A stretch of DNA of 64,000 nt from Chlamydiia bacterium (GTDB lineage: Bacteria > Chlamydiota > Chlamydiia > Chlamydiales > JAAKFR01), in contig CAWHBB010000007.1 in assembly GCA_963827485.1 (NCBI GenBank), positions 22,806 to 86,805 of the forward strand, in the 5' to 3' direction. A program made the translations under genes and the position numbers. The notes under the pieces are model-generated. The model ran no database searches. It saw only the letters and a list, made by a program, of their open reading frames with translations, and was not told the DNA's origin. Shown here piece after piece: positions 37,424 to 47,480 of the stretch. Positions within the stretch are counted from its first letter, which is position 1, and every line of letters begins with the position of its first letter.

Positions 37424-38041
37424 CTACAAATAAGCTCTCATCAGAGATGCAAATCCTTTTAACCCGCTAAATTTAGCGATTCCCCTTATCATCAATTCTT
37501 CATGCAAAGCCTCTATTTGATCTCTAAGCCTGTAGAATGTCTTCCAATGCATCCATTTGGGCTTGTCTAAAATGAGATCCGAATCAGCTCCAAGCTTGCG
37601 AATAATGGCCCATTTCTTATCAATTAACCGATCCAATGCGGTCTTGTTTTGGCTTCGATAGGCGAGATTCAGGCATGTTCTGCACACAAATACCGGCATC
37701 CCATCTGATAATCGATAGAGATAGAGCTTACCGCATCGTCTTAGGCATTTTGGATTAGGACATCGCATCCAATATCTAGAGTTCCCATAGTTGGCCTTAG
37801 ATTGCACGAACTGGATGCGCAAAATCCTTGTGTTATCTTCTGATACGTAGCGGATTTCCATGTGGCTTCGCAACACCAAGACTTTTAATCCATGAATAGG
37901 AATTTCTATGCCTTGTTCTGGCAGCTTCTGCATAATCTTGAATAGGAACATGCCTGCGCTGATCGATTTATGCTCCTGAATAAACCCTTTCGTTCTATGC
38001 GTATTGAAACGTATGCATGTCCCTGAGCCTGGCCCCCCCAT
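37424..38041 (-). CDS. hypothetical protein with Cys4 zinc-ribbon motif (island cargo)
   Basis: 205 aa with CPNPKCLRRCGKLY...FVCRTC. No recognisable family. Confidence 0.35.
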   Translation of the reverse strand: MGGPGSGTCIRFNTHRTKGFIQEHKSISAGMFLFKIMQKLPEQGIEIPIHGLKVLVLRSHMEIRYVSEDNTRILRIQFVQSKANYGNSRYWMRCPNPKCLRRCGKLYLYRLSDGMPVFVCRTCLNLAYRSQNKTALDRLIDKKWAIIRKLGADSDLILDKPKWMHWKTFYRLRDQIEALHEELMIRGIAKFSGLKGFASLMRAYL

Positions 38042-38315
38042 TATTCCACCTATACCGCTATTCTATACGAAATCATTAGGCAACCTTATTCCATTCACTT
38101 TTTGCCTAATTGTGAAAAACGCCCTAGATTTTGATAAGTTTATCAAATACAACCCCAAGCTTTCTGAGTCTCCACTTTTGCGCTGATGTTGAAGGCTGGT
38201 CTTTACATTTGTTATGTAGCACCTCCTCTGCAGCTTTCCTAAGCTCATCATTCGTCATCGATCCAAGATCTTCACCCTGCATACCTTACTCTCTAATTTT
38301 TTTTAATCGCATAGT

Positions 38316-39323
38316 CTATGAGCTTTCAATATTGCTAAGAAACCACTCGTTCAAATTGAGTCCTTGTTCGATCGCCTCTCCGATATCTTTTCCTATGGGC
38401 ACTGGCAATGGCCTTGCATGTGGGTATAGCTTTTGCCACTTAGCCAGCATCGCCATGCCCCCTTCGTCATTATCATGGCAGATAAGAAGGTAAGGTTTGC
38501 GCTTTGCCCAGTAATCCGCGACATTGTCGGGAGTCTTGGTATTGCTTCCAACCGAGATGCAAAAGGCAATATCACCACACGCATAGTGTGCTGCCAATGC
38601 GTCTAGCTCTGATTCCACTACAAGCATTACTAGCCGTTGAAAAGACCCTACGATATTTAAGCCATTCATAGACCCCCTCAATTGCCAATATTTAGGAAGA
38701 TCGTCATCAACTTTCCATTGGGTGCGCCGTATCTTTACCCGGGTCACCTTGCCTGAAGGCTCAAGCGAAGGAATCACTATACCTCTAGGTAAAAAGATCT
38801 TTTTTTTGCCTTCTAATCCGAACTCCTCCGGTGACACCCAGGTGTCATTGATACAATAACCAAGCTTATAACGCTCGATTGCATCCTCAGGAAGGCCTCT
38901 TGATTTTAATTTTGCGAACTTAGCAGGGGACAATCTGAGCTGGCCATTTGCCCAATCAACGAATTCCAGGGCCCGTTCACACCACTTATCATTAGGAGGG
39001 ATAAGAGTCGGCCTAGAGAACGGCTGCTCAATGTGGGACATTTGTGAAGGCCGCAGAGTTATCTCTGCGTTGACGCGCTTACATGCATCTTCAAATGAGA
39101 GCCCTAGAAAGTCACGACAGAACTGGATCGAGTCGCCTCTTTTCTCGCATTTCCTACACCAATAATTGCCAATGCAATTCCTTGAAGGCGATCGAGGCCA
39201 CATACGAAATCTGTCACTGCCGCCGCAGGCAGGGCAGCTTGATGAATATTCGCTTCCTTTAGGCGAGCTAGATTCGAGCTTCGGATTCAGCCCTACCTCC
39301 TTTGCCAGTTCAAGTAAAACCAT
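38316..39323 (-). CDS. DNA primase, zinc-finger (CHC2-like) plus TOPRIM domain
   Basis: 335 aa with CPACGGSDRFRMW...CRKC, then TOPRIM-like acidic motifs (LVVESELDALA; CHDNDEGG). Confidence 0.65.
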   Translation of the reverse strand: MVLLELAKEVGLNPKLESSSPKGSEYSSSCPACGGSDRFRMWPRSPSRNCIGNYWCRKCEKRGDSIQFCRDFLGLSFEDACKRVNAEITLRPSQMSHIEQPFSRPTLIPPNDKWCERALEFVDWANGQLRLSPAKFAKLKSRGLPEDAIERYKLGYCINDTWVSPEEFGLEGKKKIFLPRGIVIPSLEPSGKVTRVKIRRTQWKVDDDLPKYWQLRGSMNGLNIVGSFQRLVMLVVESELDALAAHYACGDIAFCISVGSNTKTPDNVADYWAKRKPYLLICHDNDEGGMAMLAKWQKLYPHARPLPVPIGKDIGEAIEQGLNLNEWFLSNIESS

Positions 39324-39968
39324 CTATAAATCCTTTTAGGTCATAGTAGATCATTTTGGACCTAGTTCTGGTCATCGTAGAAATGTGCTGTAACTTGCTC
39401 ATTTTCATCGATTGGCTACAGATGTCATGGTGGTCGGGGCATTTTGGAACTGCTAAGTAAAAAAATCATTGGGCTGCTGTGCTGAACTCTCATATCTAAC
39501 GCTATGGATCCTTATTTGTACTATGTCCGCACTATGACCACTATGACCATCTATTGAAAATGAAAGACTTATGGTGTCATGCCTACTATGACCGAGCCTT
39601 GGTCGAGGATGCATCTGCTGTGACCACGCTAACTCCATATAGAAGATCGACCTTAAAACTTTTTTCGAAATCCTTTCTTGCTCTTCCAAGTCCTGGAACG
39701 ACGTATAGATTTTCTCGCTTAGAGGATTCTGATCTCGCCCTCTTCTGATAATTGAGCTAATGTGCTCTGCCTAGGCTCTGCCTTAGCCTTTCTTTTGAAT
39801 CATGGAACAATCCTTGCTTCTTGCACCAATTGCAATAATAGTTAAATACTGACCTCGGTAGGGATTTCATTTTTCATTCATAAGACGGCTCTCGATCTAA
39901 TCTGCCGATGTTGAAGCAACCGGTTGATAGGGCCTCGTAGATATATTTTTCGGGTGTTCGAGCGCTCA

Positions 39969-41103
39969 TCATTTTACTTCAAACGCTTCTGTATCGGGTG
40001 CGGAGGATTCTAGATCGTATGCAGAGATGTCTTCATTGAGAAGTTCATAGAGAAGCGCTTGTAGACCCCCATTTTTCATCTCATCGGCAATCGCTTTGAA
40101 GTACTGGGATGTCTTCTTTGTGAATATCGCTTACTTTTAAGACCAGGAAGCGCCGATCGTCTGGATCGATGTGAACTGGCCACTCTTCATTACTCGAGAT
40201 GATCACGTGCTTGAAATTGCGCACCATGATTCTATCTTTACCTTTGCCCTCGATTAGTGAGAATTCGTCGGTGACCATAGACTTCAGGACGCCAATATCC
40301 TTCTTATGTCCGCCCCATATGGCCTCGTTGGCGTGGATTAGGACTGCGTTCTTGAGATGAAAGTTGAATTGACCAAGGAGCTGCTGAATGTTATCTAACG
40401 GAAGGTAGTGAGCGCCAAATACCTCTCCTATGGGGTTCACAAAAGTGTTTTTCCCCACTCCTTGCTGGCCCATTAAGACAAGGCCAGTTGCTAGCAAATT
40501 GGGATGTTGAACTAGATGGGCAAGCCATTTCCAAACATAGGTGAAGTGTTCTGGTTTGCCTGCGCAAATCACTTCTAAGATGTGTTTCTGATAGAGATCG
40601 CAGCTTCCTTTTTTCTGCTCAATAGCAAAGCCCTTCCACATGTTATAGAGGCCATTTTTGTGCCCTGTGGTCGTCGGATCAAATGTGATCCCTTGATACT
40701 GGCGTCGTTTAGGGTGCGCTAGCCACAATCTAGCTACGTTTTTTGGCTTGCCATCTTGCCCTGCGATGACTCTATTCTCATATGTGTTTAGGAAAGATTG
40801 TCTGCTCTCTAGGGTGAAATCAACCCCTTTGGAAAATGGATGAGGTTTTTCAGTGAGGATATAGAACTGGTCTGTGTGTATCACAGCATGTTTTTTATTT
40901 AATTCCTCAACTGTTTTCTCTTCGGGAGGGAGCAGATTGTGAGCTTTTTCTTGCAGTTCTATGAGCTTGCTTATTTTGTCAGAGTCCCAGGTGTCGCTCC
41001 CTGGGATATCCTTCAGTTCAACTCTCAACAGATCTTCAACGGAGAAGGCCAGTCCGAGTGCTGCAAGTTCACTTTTGATGTTCGATTTTAAATCAGACAT
41101 CAC
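39969..41103 (-). pseudogene. P4-type primase C-terminal/helicase (D5-like NTPase) gene, frameshifted near 40100..40125
   Basis: The 340-aa ORF 40081..41103 has a Walker A (LMGQQGVGKNTF) and ends at ...SDIHKEDIPVLQSDCR. The +1 frame continues with a plausible protein tail (KTSQYFKAIADEMKNGGLQALLYELLNEDISAYDLESSAPDTEAFEVK, stop at 39969). Confidence 0.55.
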
Positions 41104-41354
41104 GAATCAATCCCATAGGTTTTTAAGTTGGTTGAGCTATTGCGAATGAATTCAATCACACTTGCTTGGGGAATCACGCGGCGGCGTGGTGAGATCTTGA
41201 CATAGGGCAAGAGACCTTTTAATAAAGCCATGCGAGCTGCTGCCAAGGAACCAAAAAAGCCGACAGAGGTCAATTCTCGAAGCGAATAAAAGGGTTTGTC
41301 ACCTATCGCTTTATGCAGTTCAGCAATTAATGCATCTAAAGGTAATGTGGGCAT
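41100..41354 (-). CDS. AlpA/excisionase-like HTH DNA-binding protein
   Basis: Likely start MPTLPLDALIAELHKAIGDKPFYSLRELTSVGFFGSLAAARMALLKGLLPYV. It is short and sits next to the primase, as in P4-like elements. Confidence 0.4.
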   Translation of the reverse strand: MPTLPLDALIAELHKAIGDKPFYSLRELTSVGFFGSLAAARMALLKGLLPYVKISPRRRVIPQASVIEFIRNSSTNLKTYGIDS

Positions 41355-41702
41355 AGTCTTCTCTGTATAAAGAAAGCCATGCAGAGATTGATGGGGTACG
41401 TCTTTATGAGATCCAATGAATATATCTATTGAATCCCAAGAAAGCGTTTGATAAATTAGGATCACAAAGAGCAGTGGTATCAACCTTGCTATTTAGCCGT
41501 GAGAAAGGTGCGAACTTTTTCACGGTTTTTTTGTGACCTTTATCATAATTTCACCATCTCTGCATGGCTTCCTCTAGTTTCTAGTTAATTTAAATGATCC
41601 AAAGTCTATCTTTGACTTTTAATGCTTCTAATAGCTCTTGATCTATTTTATTTTCAAGTATTTGTTGCTATGTAATGTAAGTGGCTCACTAATTTAAGCA
41701 GT

Positions 41703-41951
41703 TTACTTATTGTCATGGTTTGTGATGATTTGCTCAATGTTGCCATTCTTCTCTTCAATCCAGCGAAAAAACTCCTGTTCGTTGATCAGCACTCTCCTTC
41801 CACAGCGGCGCAGCACTTTATTGAACCCATTCCTTTCCGCATGAAATATCAAATGGCGTAGTCCACCTGCTGGCGGCCATGCATGTTTCTTACACCACTC
41901 GCTCACGGTGAGGTAGCTAGGTTGGTTGCAGTTACGTATTTCTGATGACAC
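41703..41951 (-). CDS. small HTH/excisionase-like protein
   Basis: 82 aa with LTVSEWCKKHAWPPAGGLRHLIFHAERNGFNKVLRRCGRRVLINEQEFFRWIEE. Confidence 0.4.
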   Translation of the reverse strand: MSSEIRNCNQPSYLTVSEWCKKHAWPPAGGLRHLIFHAERNGFNKVLRRCGRRVLINEQEFFRWIEEKNGNIEQIITNHDNK

Positions 41952-42064
41952 ATTGCCTCCTTATTTTTTTGCCATTCCCCAGAGGCCATTACAGGCATGC
42001 TTAGGATTGCTCATCATTGTACCAAAAGGGGAGTGGTATGAAATTTGCCATTTTCAAATAGACA

Positions 42065-43075
42065 TCATGTGGTCGGCGGCAATTTTCCGTGAATTCTTAT
42101 GTGATTGATCATTTGGTATTTGCTATACTCTGCGATGCTATTTACGCAGATGTTGCGCGCAGTGCTTGCTATTATTTGGGGTGCGCCATCGAGGTATAAA
42201 GCGACTACCTGATTTTGTAAAAACTCCTCGACAAACTCATCCACGGTCATTTTATCAAACTTTTCCTTCTTCAGCGCCATTAGGACCCATACAGCAGTTG
42301 ATATGGCTGTACACAGTAGAGAGAAATGATAGTGAGGCAGTTTGCCATTTCCTTTTCTCAAGACTTCAGGAATGGGATGGGGAATGTACTGACGAGGTTT
42401 GGTTTCTTTGGGCGCAGAGGGCGGCCGACCGCGTTGTCCTGGCTCACCAAATAGTGTATTTATTGCCCTGAGCACAGATTTATGCTCTTTATCTGTTGGG
42501 TAGCCAGTGTCGAACGCCTTTTCTTGTTTGTAGCACTGCATTAAAGGATGCTTGTATATGTCCGCAGCCCGGTGCAAATTTGGGTTCAATGTTAGGACGA
42601 ATTGGCCAATGATCTTGTTTTTTACCTTGTTCTGAAGCGGAACAGTAAGCTTGCAATCCGCTATTTGCTTAAACCCTAAGACCTCCAGGAGGTCTTTTGG
42701 AAGGGTTAATTCTCTGCGGAGAGCCCACACGATTACTGCTTCAGAGGGTACAAGATAGGTGATACCATCAGATAAATACTCAAACCTCGCTGCTAGTTCA
42801 CCTTTTTCGATCGAGTCTTTCATTGCCAAGAAGATCTCCCGAAACGCTGCTCCAGTGGATTTGAGGTCGAAGTTTGCTTCGGGGCCTGGCAGAAAAAATG
42901 AAGGACGGTCTTCCTTAATCTCTGCTGGTAATGGGGAGACATGAGTATAATATAAGCCTTCTTTGGGCCACTTGGTCAGCACAAAGGCTGCTTCATGGAT
43001 TGCCCACCATCTAAAGTTGATGAAAGCGTCCATGGAAGGAGGGCAAAACGGTTCTCTGTTCATATTATTACCCAA
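42065..43075 (-). CDS. hypothetical protein in the int-alpA cargo position of the island
   Basis: 336 aa with no recognisable motif. It overlaps the integrase gene by 8 bp. Confidence 0.4.
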   Translation of the reverse strand: MGNNMNREPFCPPSMDAFINFRWWAIHEAAFVLTKWPKEGLYYTHVSPLPAEIKEDRPSFFLPGPEANFDLKSTGAAFREIFLAMKDSIEKGELAARFEYLSDGITYLVPSEAVIVWALRRELTLPKDLLEVLGFKQIADCKLTVPLQNKVKNKIIGQFVLTLNPNLHRAADIYKHPLMQCYKQEKAFDTGYPTDKEHKSVLRAINTLFGEPGQRGRPPSAPKETKPRQYIPHPIPEVLRKGNGKLPHYHFSLLCTAISTAVWVLMALKKEKFDKMTVDEFVEEFLQNQVVALYLDGAPQIIASTARNICVNSIAEYSKYQMINHIRIHGKLPPTT

Positions 43076-44126
43076 AGATTTTCTCGTTCATATTGGAAAT
43101 CACCTTGGCTGTATGGTTTTCAGAGAGGTGTGAGTACCGTTTCACCATACTGAGTGTCCTATGCCCTAGAACTTCAGCTATTTCAGCAAGGCTGGCTCCG
43201 TTCATTGCCAAATAAGAAGCGCACGAGTGTCTCGTATCATGAAATTTTAAATTGATAACGCCACTCTTCTTCACCGCAAATTCCCATGCAGAACGAATAT
43301 CGATGGGTTTTTTGGGGAATTTGCCAGGAAAGAGGTAGTGGGTATCTAGGCGTCTACACTGGTTGAGTTGGTGAAGAAGTTCGAGAGCATGGCCAGTAAT
43401 CGCCACCTGGCGGATTTCTCCGTTTTTGGTTTCATGTAGGATGACTCGGCCCTTATCGAGATCGACATCGGCCCATTTGAGGTGCAGGATTTCGGCTTGA
43501 CGCATACCTGTAGATAGGGCCAGCACGACTATCGTGTACAAGTAGGGGTTTGTGCTCTGTTGGCATGCCTCCAGTAGTTTTGCTCTTTCATCGTCGTCTA
43601 AAAATCGGACTCGTCCGCGAGGCTCGCGAGGTTTCGTGACCTTTCGAATAGGAGAGTCTTCGATCCACCCCCATTCCTTGATGGCGATTGTGAAAGCATG
43701 CGATAGGGCCGCCAGATACCTGACAACGGTCGCAGGGCTTCGGATCTTCCCTTGTTTTGTGATACCTCTGAGGAGAACATCTCTTTGTTCTGCAATCATA
43801 GCAGGGGAGACATCGGAGAGGAGGTAACCGCCGAGTTGCTGCTTCCACCAGATCAATTGAGAGCCCTGGCGCTGCTTACATTTGTGTTTGGTAGGAAGCA
43901 CATCCCTAATGTAGCGGTCGATGAGTGCGCCAAGAGTGTGCTTTTTGGCCTCGGTCGTTTTGAAATGCCGTCCTTCGCGGATCGCAGATTCGGTTTGCTG
44001 GATCCAACGTTCGGCATCGGTCTTCCTTTTGAATGAAGCATATTGCGGAGGGCTTCCCTTAATCCTGACCTGGACATGGAAGCGGGTTTTGCCGTCTTTG
44101 TCTTTGAGTTCTTTGATTGAAGCCAT
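43068..44126 (-). CDS. tyrosine-type site-specific integrase (phage integrase family)
   Basis: 352 aa. The C-terminal catalytic region reads HDTRHSCASYLAMNGASLAEIAEVLGHRTLSMVKRYSHL (R...HxxR...Y). It lies adjacent to tRNA-Asn. Confidence 0.85.
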   Translation of the reverse strand: MASIKELKDKDGKTRFHVQVRIKGSPPQYASFKRKTDAERWIQQTESAIREGRHFKTTEAKKHTLGALIDRYIRDVLPTKHKCKQRQGSQLIWWKQQLGGYLLSDVSPAMIAEQRDVLLRGITKQGKIRSPATVVRYLAALSHAFTIAIKEWGWIEDSPIRKVTKPREPRGRVRFLDDDERAKLLEACQQSTNPYLYTIVVLALSTGMRQAEILHLKWADVDLDKGRVILHETKNGEIRQVAITGHALELLHQLNQCRRLDTHYLFPGKFPKKPIDIRSAWEFAVKKSGVINLKFHDTRHSCASYLAMNGASLAEIAEVLGHRTLSMVKRYSHLSENHTAKVISNMNEKIFG

Positions 44127-44401
44127 ATTTTTTTCCTTCTTTTATCGGTTCAAAATGCACCCAGGGGATTCTTATTCTCCTGGGTTGGATTGCATGGATG
44201 TCTCGTAAGAAAGTGAATTTATGGCTTGCAAGATAGGCGATTTCCCCATTTTTGCCCCACTGAAACACAAACTTAACACTATTAAAACATCCATGCATTC
44301 GCTCTGTGTTGTGATGATGTGGGGTAAAAGTGGGGAATAACGTATCCCCGGAAATGAAAAAGGCACCTAGGTTTTTGGCCTAAGTGCCTGTTAATCTGAA
44401 A

Positions 44402-44473
44402 CTCCGGGTGTAGGATTCGAACCTACGACCAATGGATTAACAGTCCACTGCTCTACCACTGAGCTAACCCGGA
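44402..44473 (-). tRNA. tRNA-Asn (anticodon GTT)
   Basis: The reverse complement folds as TCCGGGT-TA-GCTC-AGTGGTA-GAGC-A-GTGGA-CTGTTAA-TCCAT-TGGTC-GTAGG-TTCGAAT-CCTAC-ACCCGGA-G, 72 nt. Confidence 0.85.
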
Positions 44474-44500
44474 ATAGAGCCTGCTATCTTATGCGAGCGG

Positions 44501-45151
44501 TCAATTTTTGCAAAAGCCTTTGAGAAGGCCAGCCGCCTCCTTCAATTTATCCGTGCTCCAGCGATAGCCCTCAAATGCTTTCGCTCGCAGATCGTCCAAC
44601 AGGCTGGTGCCTTTTTGGCTGACCCTTTTGAGGTTGAGCCGATTGCTGGTCGATGCCTTCGAGAGCCGTTTCAGCAGGTCAGAGGTCAGGGCGGCAGGGG
44701 TCAGGGGAGCTCGTAGCCCAATGCCGTAGACTTCGAAGAGGGGCAGCCGCTCTTTCCCGGCGCTATCCTGCAAGTTGATCACCTGAAAGTGGTGGACCAC
44801 AAATCGCCTCTTGCTATGCAAATCTGGATTTTGGGTCGGAGCTATCTGAGGTTTTGAGATGATCGGATTTTCTAGGCGTAGTTCATCGATTTTAATCGTC
44901 TTCTGGAAGAGCGATAGCGGATTGAAGGTCAGGCGGGTCCTCCCCGATGAGAGCAGCTCCACTCCCTCTCTTTCCATCTTGAGGTCGATGAGCGTTAATG
45001 TGCAGAGACCCACTTCTACGTTTTTCACATGGACAGTGGTCTGGGTCGCTTTTGAGAATGATTTTTCGACGAGAGGCACTCTAAAGAGCCAGAAAAGAGC
45101 ACAGGCGGTGAGGAGGAGGAGTAGCGGGAGGGTGAGTGCGATGCGAACCAT
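44501..45151 (-). CDS. hypothetical membrane-anchored protein
   Basis: The ORF track extends to 45280, which would overlap groEL. The likely start MVRIALTLPLLLLLTACALFW is at 45151. Confidence 0.4.
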   Translation of the reverse strand: MVRIALTLPLLLLLTACALFWLFRVPLVEKSFSKATQTTVHVKNVEVGLCTLTLIDLKMEREGVELLSSGRTRLTFNPLSLFQKTIKIDELRLENPIISKPQIAPTQNPDLHSKRRFVVHHFQVINLQDSAGKERLPLFEVYGIGLRAPLTPAALTSDLLKRLSKASTSNRLNLKRVSQKGTSLLDDLRAKAFEGYRWSTDKLKEAAGLLKGFCKN

Positions 45152-45218
45152 TTGCAGGCAAGCATAAAAGAAAAGCCCCTTTTGCGGGAAGGGTGCAAAA
45201 GGGGCCGAAAGATTGGGA

Positions 45219-46856
<1,638 letters not shown>

Positions 46857-46877
46857 TTAATTTTCAATGAGTTAATC

Positions 46878-47186
46878 TTATTCTTCTACAATTGCAATAA
46901 TATCATCTGCATTGAGAATGACATACTCTTCGCCTTCCAGAGTCACCTCTGTGCCTGCATATTTGTCCATCAGGACCTTGTCGCCCACTTTGACTGGCAT
47001 GGGGATGAGGTTGCCGCTTTTATCTCTCTTGCCTGCGCCGACAGCGAGAATCACAGCTTTCTCCTGTTTCTTCTTGGCTGTGTCGGGCAAGATGATGCCC
47101 CCTTTCTTCTCCTCAGCTTCGAGACACTTGGCAAGAACGCGGTTGCCAACGGGCCGAATCTTGGTTTCAACTGCTTGTCGTGTCAT
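46878..47186 (-). CDS. groS: co-chaperonin GroES
   Basis: The ORF track extends to 47264. The conserved start is MTRQAVETKIRPVGNRVLAK at 47186, giving 102 aa. Confidence 0.9.
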   Translation of the reverse strand: MTRQAVETKIRPVGNRVLAKCLEAEEKKGGIILPDTAKKKQEKAVILAVGAGKRDKSGNLIPMPVKVGDKVLMDKYAGTEVTLEGEEYVILNADDIIAIVEE

Positions 47187-47289
47187 AATCACACCTCTTT
47201 CGATTAAATATGCTTCATCAATAGGAACCCCACACACTTTGGTGGGAAGAGGTAAAAATAGCAAATATGTGATATTTTGATCAAGGAAT

Positions 47290-47316
47290 TTAGCACTTGC
47301 AAAATTTGAGTGCTAA
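47290..47316. promoter_or_regulatory. CIRCE operator (HrcA binding site) upstream of groES
   Basis: TTAGCACTT-GCAAAATTT-GAGTGCTAA matches TTAGCACTC-N9-GAGTGCTAA. Confidence 0.8.
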
Positions 47317-47382
47317 ATCCAGAGATGTTATCTCTCTGTGGGCCCTAAGCATGTGTGGGTGAGGCTGTAGATCCAATTTTCA

Positions 47383-47450
47383 ACCACCGAGCACACCGAG
47401 AGCACCGAGGTGACATGCCCTCTCTCGGTGCTCTCGGTGTGCTCGGTGGT
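47383..47450 (-). terminator. 27-bp perfect-stem hairpin downstream of pepF (terminator/insulator before the groESL promoter)
   Basis: ACCACCGAGCACACCGAGAGCACCGAG - 14-nt loop - CTCGGTGCTCTCGGTGTGCTCGGTGGT. The stem is built from CACCGAG-like heptamers. Confidence 0.6.
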
Positions 47451-47480
47451 TAAATTTCCGATTTATGCAGCGCTGCATTC

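Larger units (their letters stand above)
34880..44401. mobile_element. tRNA-Asn-associated integrative genomic island (integrase, AlpA-like, P4-type primase-helicase, TA module, HAF protein), AT-rich, with degenerate internal att copy at 35932..35975
   Basis: Bounded by 44-bp direct repeats (34880..34923; 44402..44445 inside tRNA-Asn), with the tyrosine integrase adjacent to the tRNA. Base composition is clearly AT-richer than the flanks. A conserved motif GTGGGGTAAAAGTGGGGAAT recurs near each att copy (35043, 36070, 44318). Confidence 0.65.

Noticed and set aside
47187-47264. 26-codon N-terminal extension of groES in the ORF track
   Set aside because: The conserved GroES start MTRQAVETKIRP at 47186 gives the canonical ~100-aa length. 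The extension is upstream leader sequence.
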